A stretch of 61,960 nucleotides of DNA, counting the filler, from Platydemus manokwari (lineage: Eukaryota): the NCBI GenBank assembly GCA_037951405.1. It is 5 parts of 5 records of this genome, joined end to end, with 100 filler letters (N's around TTAATTAATTAA, not from the genome) between each part and the next. Parts side by side here need not be neighbours in the genome. Positions count along the whole stretch, not along the records: positions 36,585 to 49,332 come from JBBMOY011980267.1; positions 49,433 to 61,960 come from JBBMOY010098898.1; 3 more parts are not named here. One strand, 5' to 3'. The notes below the pieces were generated by a model. The model was not told the origin of the DNA and did no database searches. It saw only the letters and a list, made by a program, of their open reading frames with translations. The translations under genes were made by a program, and so were the position numbers. Positions 41,001 to 53,964 of the stretch are shown here, piece after piece; position 1 is the stretch's first letter, and every line of letters begins with the position of its first letter.

Positions 41001-41683
41001 AAATCACATTTTATTAAATAGTCGTTACATCACCATGGTGAGAGAAAAATTAAGTGAATTAGCTATTCGTTCGAAAATGTTTCATTTATTTGATATTTAT
41101 GTATTTTGAGAAACAATGAATCTCCAATGACCTCAAAATTATCTCTTTTTGCAAAGTCAAAGCTTATTGCATATTATTTATAAAAGATATTTAACAAAAT
41201 ATTCCTTCTAAATTTGCAAATAAAACCTCTAGATTAAATTAATTTTCAAATCTTTGATTATTTATTATTTCTAACATAAATTTCATTTTATAGAAATAGA
41301 CTAATTTACCGAACCTACTCCTCACCTCTTTAATATAATAAAATGAAGACATTTTCACCAGAATACTTTAACAGCTTTGTCATTTTTTGTATGGAACTTA
41401 CTGATATTTATAACTTCGATTATTACAAGCTTTAAAACAAAAAATAAACTTGAAAGCTTTGGGTATTTGATCGAAAGGTGATTTTGAAATTTAAAATGAG
41501 GCTGGGGTTGGTGGAATTTAAGGAAATTATTGATACTGATGATGATAATAATTGGAAGTTTAATTTTTTCATCTCGAATATTATACTGTTTTATATAAAG
41601 TTGTTAAAATTTTAATTATTATTGATTTTGTTTTCGTTCAGCAAAACTTTCAGGAAGTTGAAATTGAAATGGAGAACAAATAA
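38081..41683 (+). CDS. SVOP / synaptic vesicle 2-related MFS transporter, 3' half only (4 exons)
   Basis: Exons: 38081-38203 (SCCKGLDANDYKSMLLSSFGEFF), 39411-39604 (VDLIGRKGT...GIRGFTSGIFNITYIYTSE), 39657-39863 (VFPTSVRSSATGMCSSFARIAAILTPFVAQ...LPIETKGRAMP) and 41642-41683 (QNFQEVEIEMENK*). All introns are GT-AG with compatible phases. MFS motifs DxxGRK, YTxEVFPTxVR and PxETKG are present. The 5' exons are absent from this contig. Confidence 0.88.
40350..40628 (-). repeat. Second copy of the 32931-33185 repeat, inside the last SVOP-like intron
   Basis: The reverse complement shares several exact blocks with 32931-33185. Confidence 0.7.
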
Positions 41684-42886
41684 TCAAAGCAAGATTTAAA
41701 ATATTTTGTTCGTCATTTTCAAGATGAGTTTACGTTAAATTTTACATGTGCGTTATTTTCGCTTATGTCTTTTACTTTATTGTTGTGGATCAATTCTCAA
41801 AAATATATGGGCCTTTTTTATCAGTCAATTTTATTTACCTTGTGACTATTTATGTAAAAGATATTTTTGATGTATTTTTATGACCTTTACTCAATAATAA
41901 ATCTTTTATTAGCACCTATCGATCATATTAATATTAAAAAATGTAAAATATTTTGAATGACAGTATTTTTTTTAAATATATTACTTGGAAATGTTTTTCC
42001 CAGCCATGTACAATTAATATTGGAAATTTGAAAGTGTGCTGAGTTCGATCAATTTTCAGAGATGATTTATTATATCGTTGGGTATTAGACCCCGCTCAAA
42101 TTAAAAGAATAATCAATAGATAAATTTTTATTCAGAAATTTCCTAAAAATAGTATGGAAAAAATTTAGATTAAAAAAAATAGAACAATAAAATAATTATA
42201 TCTACAAATAGAAACGAAAAATAAAGAGGTGTAAATAGCAAATAAAAAAGACAAAAATAGAATAAAGTTTATAATAAGGCAAAAAGTAAAAATATAATTA
42301 AGACTGAAAAATATTAAACAACGCCCAAGACACATAATAGCATTATAAATTCAATTATTGCCTATTGTCAATTTAATCAATAATTTGTGTTGAAGATTAA
42401 TTTTCAAACCGTCACTCGTGAGAAACATTTAAAAAATCAATTCATTATTAATGAAATAGACAAAATTTTTCTTGAAGAATTTTCTACGTCACTTTCAGTA
42501 AAAATTTTGATATTCACAATAACTTTTACCTTTTAAATTTTATGATATAATTCTATTGCAATAATATGACGTCATTTTTATACAATAACTATGATTAACT
42601 TGGGTTAGAATGGATTTGACTCAGTCCAACCCTTTCAGGAGTTAATACTTTAAATTTGAGAGCGAAAAATCATCTAAAATTAAGAGTGGTTTCTTACAGT
42701 AACAGGCTCATTCATAAGTAGGCTCTTCAGCAAACAATGCTCTTACGGCACAAGCATAAGAGACTTAATTTGAATCTTGTAGCAATAGACCCTCATATAA
42801 TAATAATAAGTTCAATAATAATTCTAAATTGTCATTGTCTCATAATTAATAATTGTAACCAACTTCGTATGAATTGTTTTAATAAT

Positions 42887-43382
42887 TGTTGGGGTATTAA
42901 CGAATATCAAACTCTGACTCCTCGGAGGTATATTAATCAATATACAAAACACACTGACAAACCTCGACAAATTAATATACAAAATACACTGACAAAATCT
43001 CGGCAATCGATATGAGCTCTATAACTTTACCAAATATGGTTTCCAACTGGCAGTTGTCTATCTTTACATTACTTTTTATACTTACGATCTGTGTGAATCT
43101 TTCTGTGTTATGATGTACTACAGTTTGATTTGGTGTTTGCCTTTCTGTGCTCTTATTGGATATTTAGGTTTTTACATGAATGGGATTGGTCAATCCCTAG
43201 ATGTGTGTTCAGTGTAGTTATGCCCATTTTTCCCGATTGTAATTTGCTAGCTAGCTTCACTGTAATTGGCCGATTGGCATGCCTGTATGGTCGTGCAGGG
43301 ATGCAAATGCTCAAAGTGCCAAAACAAGGGTTCCAATGTGTAATTTTGTTTTTCTTTTTGCAGAATTTCATCTTACTCAACA
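42887..43382 (+). mobile_element. Solo LTR (Gypsy-type), 496 bp; orientation given relative to its sister copy
   Basis: Termini are TGTTG...CAACA with a 4-bp TSD TAAT on both sides. It is homologous to 56594-56934 and has an internal ~37-bp tandem duplication at 42930-43008. Confidence 0.85.
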
Positions 43383-43477
43383 TAATTATATATTGTGCTT
43401 TCTTTCAACATGTACATAATACGTCATTTAGCTTGAAATTTCAAACTGATGTCCTCAACATGTTGGGTTGTAAGTAT

Positions 43478-44040
43478 TGTTGGGAACCAAAATATAAAAT
43501 AAAATATAAACAAAATATAATAATAATTAATGCAATTAATTAATAGCCCACGTACTACCCACATTACCGAAAAAATAATAATAAAATTCATTATACATCA
43601 CCACGGTAACAATTATAATAATAATATTTATTAAACACATCACCATGGTGATTTAATGTGTCACCATGGTAACATCAAACAACATTCAAAAAAATTAATA
43701 ATCAAACCATCAACGCTCTCATCAAGTGGAAATTTTCCAATGCAAGCGGTAAATTTTTCGGTTAATTACATGGGTATCGTACAAAGTCGCACGAGTTCGT
43801 ACTGATACTCATTCCTAAAATCATATAGCGATACAAAGGCGAAAGCATTTGCACCGAATCATCAGGACGATGTAAAGCCGCAAGGATTTGCAGACGTAAC
43901 ATTTTAATTAAATTAATAAGCTAAAATCAAATCTCATTTAGTTCATCGTCCGAAGTAAGTTGGCACTTAGTTCCTTACGTCGGTTTGTTTTAAAACTCTT
44001 CAGAACACAACACTGCTATCTGTCAAATTGTTACACAACA
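43478..44040. mobile_element. Possible second solo LTR
   Basis: Termini are TGTTG...CAACA and the internal GC content is higher than the flanks, but the flanks do not form a TSD. Confidence 0.35.
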
Positions 44041-45725
44041 CATTCGTTAATTTTTATTATAATAAACGTATCGTATTAACATTTTGTTATTGCTCATATC
44101 ATTATTATATCTATCAGTACTATTATATCTGAATAATTACATGCAACTCAATTACTGATTAAAGTCGGATTATTGGTGGAATCATCATTACTCCGGTTCT
44201 AATCATCATTGAATAGTGCATAGATAATTCATCGAGTTCTGCTAGTTGAATTATCTCTTATAAATACTCACCAGATACTACTGAGCACAGGCTAGTAGGA
44301 TTCCATCAGTATTAATCTATTTATTATAACTATATATGAGTACTGAAAGTTTGATATGATTTGATTCTAATTTTTAATATTACTTATTTAAGATCCTACT
44401 TACGAAGTAATCTGAAAATTTCGAACTGCTAAAATGCCATAATAAAATGGTACAGTAACTCTAAATAACAACTGAACACAATGTTATATTGATCTTCTCC
44501 GATTTTCATTAGCATTGAAACCAAGTATTCTGAATGTCTTTAGTTTCTGCTCCACCCATGTCTCTCATGGTTAACTATTTAATAATCGGATCCTATACCT
44601 GCAATTTATTACACCCTTTATTTTTATTAATAATCAGAAAAGATACTCTGTTCATTTCAATCTTAATTAAACCAACGACTCGAACAAATTTAGCTTGACC
44701 TGATTTCAGAAAACAAGGAAACAAATTAATTCGTAGATAATCTTTGATATTTGCACGCCACACTTTAGTATAGATTTTAAGATATCCAGATTATAATTAA
44801 ATAATAAATTAATAATATGTTAACTACTTCATCGGCTTTCTTTGATTATTGATCTTTGGCGTTATCTTTGGTCATATTTTCTTATTCTTAATTTCTATTA
44901 ATTATTTATTACTTATAATTTAAAATAATTTTTTTTAAATTTATTATCATTATTGCTTGATAACATTTTTTTCTGATGAACATAAAAGTTTGATAAAAAG
45001 GCTTCGGCTGTTTATACGATGGTATACTATTGGAACAAGACCGAAAACTAAAAATTAGTTCTTCATGAACAATTGTAAGTAAGCCTATAGGACAACCGAA
45101 CAGTATCTTCAACAAACAGACACAACCAATTCTTAGTAAACTCGCTATCAAAAAATACCTACATTCTCCAATCCTCAAATCCAACAATACTCACTCAATC
45201 AAATCCAGCAACATCCTCCCAAATCCAATCTTAACAACAATCATCAATACACTTTGTATCCTCACAATCAGTCTTCAAACCCAACCTTAATAATCCAGCA
45301 ACCTTGAGCAGTCAACAATCTCCGATTTCAATAATGATCAGTTAATACTCCCAAATAGCGTGACAATAAAACAATGACATTCTATCTATTGATATTTGCA
45401 TTCGCTTTATTTTTATTTTTTATGATTTAACATTTAAAATTATATTGACAGTTTGATATTTGCTTTATTCGTATGTATGATAGCTTTTCGATTATGATAT
45501 CATCAAAAATCACTTTGAAAAATATATTAACTCTTTTATATTGTAAGTCGGAAAATAGAGATTATTAAGAGCAACACAGTGTTAATTTATAGTTAAATAA
45601 TGAATTACAATATCAAGAATAATAAATATACAAAAGAGAGAATATAGCATTTGGACGGTAGAACAACATAAATAATATTAATAAATAAGAACAGTAAATT
45701 ATGTCGAATAAAAAAATATATAAGC

Positions 45726-45727
<2 letters not shown>

Positions 45728-45775
<48 letters not shown>
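45728..45775. repeat. (AAT)n microsatellite
   Basis: Uninterrupted AAT run. Confidence 0.95.
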
Positions 45776-45776
<1 letters not shown>

Positions 45777-46195
45777 GTAGTGAAACTTATTGATATTCGA
45801 ATTCGCAGTCATTGTTATTTATCAAGCCGATTACATGTTTTATTTAGTATTTATTTGTTGCATGGTTAATTGTTAATGAACTTTAATTAATTTTCTTGAT
45901 TTGGTGTCGCCGCTCCTGTTAATCTCCTTCCGGAACCCGGTATTTTTGGTATCACGTAGTTATCTGCTTGCACAGTGTACTTTATGATTTGCCAAACTTG
46001 TTTTCGTTATTTTTCGTGTTATCTTGTTTTTCGTTTTCCTAAATAAACATTTACTAACAATTTTGCGTTATCTTAATTATTAGATAGACTCTTAATATCA
46101 TTCATATTGCGAATCCTTGTTGCCAAGGTTAACAATATTTTGGGTAAATCATTGCATACCTTTATTCAGTCTATTTCCGAATGCTATGTCTCTAT

Positions 46196-47320
46196 ACTTT
46201 TTAACAGAATTAGCAAAATTTCATCAAGAATATGAGGAAATTAAAAATAGCAAAGACATCAATGAATTATGGGAAGAATACGATTATAGACAAAGAAATC
46301 GAAGCAATATTAACACATTAAGAAAGTTGTTTAAAATAACAATAGATATAAGACCAGGGAATGACAGTATAGGAAATGGAATAATCATGATAAATTGGTG
46401 GAAAGATCGGGATAAAACAAATGAGATAAAGAGAATAAGTGTAATAATCGAAATACTAAGATCAGAATACGTAACTGAAGAAACAATAAGGAAAACAGAA
46501 ATAACATTGCAGCATAAGGATATTAATGTAGAAGGAAATTGGAAAAGACGTCGAAGAAAAATAGATAGGATGATAGAAAATACATACATGTGGTCACGTT
46601 CAAGTTTAAAAATTCAAACAAAATTAATTAATGAGGGAATAATTAAAAACGATGCTTATGGATGGGCTGCTGAGTTGTTAACTTGGAAATATTTAAATTT
46701 ATGTCAGGGATATTGTTTGGAAGGACAAACATATAGGATAAGAAATAAACTACGGGAAATATATATATGCCTGAAATAATAATATATCAATTGGACAAAT
46801 TAATAAAGAATAATGAAGAGGGAAAAAATATCGAATTAAGAAAACTAGAAGAAATTGAACAACTAAAAGAAAAAGATATCATACAATCCGAAATGATGGG
46901 AAATAAATTTGAAGGGGAACTAGGCAAATTTAAATTGGTAATACAAGACATTGAGGGACAACAAATTCACAAAGAACAAATGTTTCCATTAAATACATCA
47001 ATAAAATTATTAAAAAAATTAATTATCCTGGAATGGCCGAAAGAGTTGATAGAAGTGAGAGGAAAAATCAAGATATTACAAGGGAATGAACAAGTAATAG
47101 GATGGAAATATTTAGGAGAATATTATAGTGAAAATAATAGTGAACCCATAGTAATAAAGAATCTACCAGCAATGAATATAACAAAAGCTAGAGAGCAATT
47201 TTTAAAAACCATACACCCCCGAGCAATCATGACATACCAGATACTGACATAGAAAATAACATGGAATCAGAACCTATAGCGGTGAATAATGGTGAAAAAC
47301 CAAGAAGATGGAGATCTTTT
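46196..47320 (+). pseudogene. Fragment of an unknown A-rich polyprotein ORF (repeat-borne) with ubiquitin-like domain(s)
   Basis: ORFs 46117-46779 and 46767-47252 join through a slip in an (AT)n run. The first ~357 bp are homologous to 47327-47682 on the opposite strand. Confidence 0.6.
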
Positions 47321-47326
47321 TCAATG

Positions 47327-49332
47327 GACGTCTTTTCCATTTTCCTTCTACATTAATATCCCTATGCTGCAATGTTATTTCTGTTTTCCTTATTGTTTTT
47401 TCACTTATGTATTCTGATCGTAGTATTCCAATTATTACACTTATTTACTTTATCTTATTTGTTTTATCCCGATTTTTCCACCAATTTATCATGATTATCC
47501 CATTTCTTATATTGTCATTCCCTGGTCTCATATCTATTGCTATTTTAAACAACTTTCTTAACGTGCTAATGTTGCATCGATTTCTCTGTTTATGATCATA
47601 CTCTTCCCATAATTCACTGATGTCTTTGTTATTTTTAATTTCCCCATATTCTTAATGAAATTTTGCTAACTCTATAAAAAGTCTTCCAGATGTTTTTCAC
47701 GAATGACATGCACATATACGCGGTTTTATATTTTACATGAAATTGATTTGAGACATGTTTTTCCTCTTCATCTCTTTTTTTTAATGATTGTAACACGTTT
47801 AATCTCTGTTCTTCGTTATCTTCTTTTTCCCATATTTCTTTCCATGACAGCATCCTTCCTTTTCTTATTGCTTTTGTTATGAACAGTTTTTTATTAATCT
47901 TGCTTCCAAGTCGATTCTCGTTATTATTTCGATTTCTTCACAACTATCCGTTAAATTATTGCTTTCTATTAAACTATTTCCAGGAGATTCCATTAATCCA
48001 AATGATTTGTCTTCACTATTATTGTAACCTTCTTCATATTCATTTTCATATTCCTTATCATTGAGCAATTGTATCCCATTATTATCAGAGTTCATCATCA
48101 GTATTATTCATATTATTTTTATTTCCTAATACCTCAGCTATCAACTGTGATTCTGGTTCAATATGGTGATTTGTGATCATCAAGTTTCCTATTATCCCCC
48201 TTTCCAAGTTTAATTCCTGTATTCCACTTTCCTTACTAACTACACATATTCTTCTACTTTCTATTTCGTCATTTTGGTTAATTTCTTTAATTGGTTTATT
48301 TTCTTTTACATCTTTTAATTGCACATAGATACTGTCTGATTCATATTGTGAGAATCCCAAGTCAATTAGATATTCCTCATCCCCTAGATTCGTTATTTTA
48401 TGTAGTACTACTATTTCCGATGCTATTTGTTGTGCTATTCTTTTCTTAATTTTTTTAATTTTCGTGCATGCATGTGTCGTAAAATTTATTTCATATTCCT
48501 TTTCTCCATGAAATATCCATACATTTATTTTTAGTAGTTTTAGTAATTTAGGATTTTTTCTTATTATTCTTCCACATATTTTTATTGTTTTCCATTCTTC
48601 ATTGTTTATTTGTATTGTGTTTCTTGCGTATTGCTGTACTTGTTGGATTATATTCTTGGCTTTTACAAATTCCTTTTCATTCACTAGTCTTTGTAACTTT
48701 TCCACTTTTTCCGTTAATGTTAATGATTTCTTTTCCTCTAATTTTATGTCATTTTTCTCTTCAATTTCTTCTGTTTGTTTTTCCAATGCATATTTATTCA
48801 TTGCTATTTGATCAATGTATTGTTGTATTATTTGTCGTCTATTAGTGGCTATTGTTCTGTTTTCTCTTCCTTCTTCTTTTTCGCTAATTGGATAGCAATT
48901 CATTGTTGGTCTTTGAGTGTAATCCATATTTTTGCTCTCCCTTCTTTCATTAAATTGCGAATGATCTATCTCCATGTATTTCACTGATTGCAATTCTTCT
49001 ATCTTTTTGATTAATTCCTCTTTTTCTCTTCTTAATCTCTTCATTTCAATTTTATATTCCCATTCAGATTTTTTGGGTTTGTTCTTTTGATTTCTTAAAT
49101 TTATCTTCCAACATTCTTTCTCACAATATCTTTCTTTCTTTTTATATTTGCATTATTCTGTTTTCTTTATAACACCTAACTTCTTTCTTCTTTTTTCTCA
49201 TTATATCCCAATGTATTCGCTCTTGTTCTTCTATTTCTCTTTTTAATTCTGCTTTATATACTGGTCATCATAATTTTTGACACACCTTATAGCTTTTGAG
49301 GTGGTTGTTTTTTTTGTGTGGGGTTTTGATGT
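47327..49332 (-). pseudogene. Second, more N-terminal fragment of the same polyprotein ORF (coiled-coil plus ubiquitin-like domain), frameshifted
   Basis: Consecutive ORFs 49044-48085, 48098-47877 and 47853-47635 continue into the shared segment. The sense strand is strongly purine/A-rich, there are no introns, and the fragment runs off the contig end. Confidence 0.6.
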
Positions 49333-49432
49333 NNNNNNNNNNNNNNNNNNNNNNNNNNNNNNNNNNNNNNNNNNNNTTAATTAATTAANNNNNNNNNNNN
49401 NNNNNNNNNNNNNNNNNNNNNNNNNNNNNNNN
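49333..49432. other. Artificial contig-joining spacer
   Basis: 44 N + TTAATTAATTAA + 44 N. Confidence 0.95.
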
Positions 49433-51241
49433 GTTGTTTTAAATAAATTTATGTACAACAAATTTTTATTTCCAATTTTGTCCGCGAACTTTATTTACAA
49501 CCTAATATTTCGCATGTAATTGATGTTTCAACAGAAGAACTCATTTTCTTAAAATTTACTTAATTACAACACTTAATACAATTTTTAAACAAATTATAAT
49601 TCCAGAAAGTTTTGATATCGATCTTAATCAGGTCTATCTATATAAAACAATATTAAAATAACTTTTTAAATTATCTTATTTTATATAATAAATTTTAAAA
49701 TTCCAAAATTTTAATAAATCTATTATTATATTTATTATTTAAAATAATCTTTTTTTAAAATCATTATTTAAAATAAAGATTTTAAAATTAATTTAAAAAT
49801 TATTTCAAACTATTTTGAAATTTTAAAATTATTATTTAATTAAAATTAATGCTCACAATTTTTATTTTAGTCCCTTGGGGGCGCGAAACAATTTGGACTA
49901 GTAAAATGGGTTGGAACACAAGAAGTGTGAAAACCAGTGATTTAAATAAACATTCATTTAATAGAAGCAAAAAATCATTGAAAAAGTAAAAAAACAAACA
50001 CAATATTCAAATATCGAGTTGGTGAATTGAAAAAGAAAATTTCTTACCTAGAATGTGAAGTTCTGTTTTCTAAAGGTTTCTATCGGAAAACAATCTATTT
50101 CAGGGAAATTTATCTGGTTCAAGGTGAAAGAAAACGTTCGGTTTATAAGAAAAAACTTTTTGTAGTTTTCCTTTAATAATATTGATATCAATAATAATAA
50201 TCCCTAATAATTAAGGCCAATGTACACTAGAAAGTTTTCTCTATTATTATCGTATGAAATTTATGTTGGGTGTCATTCCAAGGTGTTATAAATGAATAAA
50301 ATGTGAAGCAGAAAATTGGTTTAATGTCTTTATACATTTTAATAATTTGATAATGACCTTGACTCATTAACGGAATGATAAAGATTATCTTCAACGTCAA
50401 ACTGACCTAAAATCCGATATCTATAATCAGACTTTGACCTGCTTCGTTATATAGTTTCATATTTTAGTCTATCAAAAAAATACCGTAATTTCGAAATAAG
50501 CGCTGAATCAGTCATAATGATTCTACAAGTGTCTTGGTAATAATTTACACTGCCGAATTGCTCTTACTGTGGACAAATCAAAAACTTTTAAGAAAAATCA
50601 GATTTAAACAAAAGATGTCAGATTGTTTCTTTGAGCTTAAATTGCGTGACAAAATTGATTGCAAGTCATTATATTTTTGATTTCAATAAAAAATCGATAA
50701 AATAAAGCCGTATTGCTTTAAAATCGTTCCGTAAAGACTGTACTCTCATATTGTCATCAAAATCATACCGATATAATATCTAAGTAATTAAAATATGGAC
50801 AATCGAATCTTTGATATTGATTATTTCTGTATGCAGAATTTTCTAGGTTTTTCACCCATATTCTTGTCGATGGAATGTTTTAGTATATCTGGAATTAGAC
50901 AAATTTCTCTGAAATAGTTTATCACAGATTCAAAACAACTACAAGGCCACAACTTCTCAATGTACGTTCTAGACAATAAATTTGCGTTTTCAAGACGTTT
51001 TATATTCTAGTGTGTATCAGTGAGATTTAATTTCCTTAAACAGATCTAGAGCTATCAATTTGGTTTTTTGGTAAAATCGAGAATTAATATTCGATTAACA
51101 GTAAAATAGATGTGTGGTTTTGTGGCGTTCTTTTAAATCTAGCTTTTTTAATGCTTAATCATCATTAGAAATAATCAATTTTACTTAATATCGAAATATT
51201 TATTGATCTATGTGTGAAGTGAGTTGATACATACTGATAAG

Positions 51242-51480
51242 ATTTGCAAATGTGCCATTAGCTAATCAGGTTTTTGCTATATTTTCAATAATCACCCAGT
51301 GCATACCAGCAAAGGGAAATAAAAATCAAGATTTGCCAATGGCACGAGAGGGTTTTTAACAGATCAATGTGTGAACCACTCTATGGAATGAAAGGTAAAG
51401 CTCTGAGACATCGGGTGAACACACATGATAATCCGATAAAAGGAGTCGGATGTCACGAGCATCTGTCAGTATATTTTTCG
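51242..51480 (-). mobile_element. Possible Helitron PIF1-helicase remnant
   Basis: Translation FAGMHWVIIENIAKT*LANGTFA resembles the GxPVMxxxNI...GLxNG motif of PIF1 helicases. Confidence 0.35.
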
Positions 51481-53964
51481 TTGGTAAGCTCTATACTGTG
51501 TGACTTTACGTGATTTTTTCCGACAACCAGTATTCGTGGTTGTCTTCTGTTTTGTATTCAACTTTTATATGCTGACCGCACTCAGAGTGATTTGACAGTA
51601 CCAAAAGATTATCCATGGATAAACTTTTCCATAATAATGAGCAGTGATGCTACATAATAGTATATACAATGTTATTACCCTGAGCAACTCTGATGATTGC
51701 ATTTCCCAGACAAATCTCTAACTATTAACGAAATTAACAAATCAATATCCTATACTGACATGCAATATATAAACATATACAAAATATTTTCACAAGAAAT
51801 CATCAAATCAGGGTTTTGTTTCGAATAACATAAAACTTTAAACATTTTTTCAATCATTCACATCGATAATAAAAAATGTTTCAGAAATTTTTCAAACTAG
51901 ATTTTCTGCTTCGATAACGTGGATTTCATTTTTCATAGCCATTTAATAGACAGTTCGATCCGGTTTCGCAGACATTGTTTCAAATTTTGAATAACGTTTC
52001 TGTTTTCATGAATTATTTACATTTATATATTTCTTTTACTGCATAAAACCTCGTGTCAGTTATATTACTATTCAGTACTTTTCAAAGGCATTGTGTGGTA
52101 GATAAAGACTAACTATTAATTAAAATAAATTAATTAAGTTAGAAAATAAATAATTTCAATTATTATTTTATTGGTGATGATAATTACAAGATTTGTTAAC
52201 GATAATCAATAAAATTGGAAATAAAAATCAATATTATTAAATATTGAAATAATGTTTAATCGATATTATTATCTTGATAGTGATATTAATAATAATTTAT
52301 TGATTATGTATTATATTGGTAGGTGCTGAGTTAAGATTATTATTTTAATGGCTTACATTGAATATGAAATTTTTAAAACACCTATTAACATAATCAAATA
52401 AAAATTCATAGGCTCAAGGTTAAATATGTGTTAAAATCGCAATATTATTATGGTAATATTGGTCCCCCAATACTCTTAAAACTATCAAATATCTTGAGGT
52501 AACTAAATTTCCAACTGTTTTTCAGATCCCTTTGTGGGATTTAACGGTTAATAAAATGAATTAATGAAATAAGTCTTTGAATTTTTATCTTAGGTTAATA
52601 ATTACCATTTATTGGAATATAATAATGCTTCCAGAAGTGAGAGGATTTCAATATTTTAATTAATCTCTGTGAATTCTATTATTTGATTTTGTGTTGGACT
52701 CCCAGGTCAAGTATCAATTTTAAATTTATTTCTAACAATTTTAGTTTATTATCTAGGATGATTAGGACGACTAGCGATATTGTGGTAACAACGATATCAT
52801 CAGAGAGACAGGCTTGGGATAAATTAATATCTCGGATAGAATTTATCAGCAGTGTAGCATATCAGAGCTCAATTTGATATTTTCCTCTTGAAATTTTGTT
52901 TGGACGACGAATTAATATGCATGGGTCACGAATAAATCTCTCAAGCCACCACGACCAGATAATCAAAGAATCGGAAAACCAGCTAAATCCAGTAGCCACA
53001 AACTTAAGGAAATTTGATGCTAAAAAGAGATTGTAGAATTTTTGCTGTCGGAGAAGAAGTTATAGTGAAGAAAGAATCACACAAGGCAATGAAAAACGGA
53101 GATCATTATAAAAGTCCTCACAAAATTTTGAAATTTTTAAGCCCACATTAAGTGTTTCTTGATTTACAGCGACAACCAAAACCACGAAGAATTGAGTGGC
53201 TAAAAAATCTCAAAAATACGTGTGATTTTTAAAATAATAAATATTGACGGAAACAACCAATGTTTTTACTGTAAAAAATGTCATTCGAAAACTTATCTAG
53301 TTTGTTGGATTTGAAAGAGCAGAATTATAATGAAGAGAGAAATACATTTACAACACCAGTTTATAAGCCTTTCTAAATAGAATAGTTATTGATCATATTT
53401 TCTTATTTCTCGATATGAAATGAAGATTAAAAAAGAAATAATAAACAAAAAAATAAAAATACTTTTCAATCCAATATTAGAATAAATAAATTTTCCATTT
53501 ATTATTGAATTTGAGGCGTTGTTAAAATAAAAAATATTTTCTCCAATTTTTTATTAATTTGTTGATATTTTCAAAATTTAAAATTAGCATTTTAAACACT
53601 GCTATCACAGACTAATTGAAATGGATTTAGTATCCGGTTTGAATTAATTTTTGAAACGATGGCCGCTGTGTGAAAATGAGTGTTTCTGTGACTGACTAAT
53701 TTGTTTTAATTAACTTATCTCCTGTCACTCCTGGCCACGGACAATATGGAGTAGATTAATTCGTGTAGATTGACGAATTGTTTTCGTTGTGTTGATAAGG
53801 ATGGACAATGTGTACAAATCATGACAATCTCATCGATGGAGATATTGGATCGGATTTTATGAACCTTTCTGGTGAATATTCTATTGGCTGTGTGGATGTT
53901 TTCACTACTCAAAGCCAACAATATGTGGCCATTAATCTCCATATGATTTGAAAGATCAAAAATA

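Noticed and set aside
43016-43543. ORFs 43130-43543 and 56459-56788 share FLHEWDWSIP, and the antisense frame vaguely recalls a Penelope GIY-YIG nuclease
   Set aside because: Both lie within solo LTRs bounded by TGTTG/CAACA and 4-bp TSDs, so the shared peptide reflects non-coding repeat homology.
46284-48987. Hydrophobic membrane-protein-like ORFs (46284-46589 on the minus strand; 47308-47595 and 48585-48987 on the plus strand)
   Set aside because: They are the T-rich antisense of the A-rich polyprotein frame.
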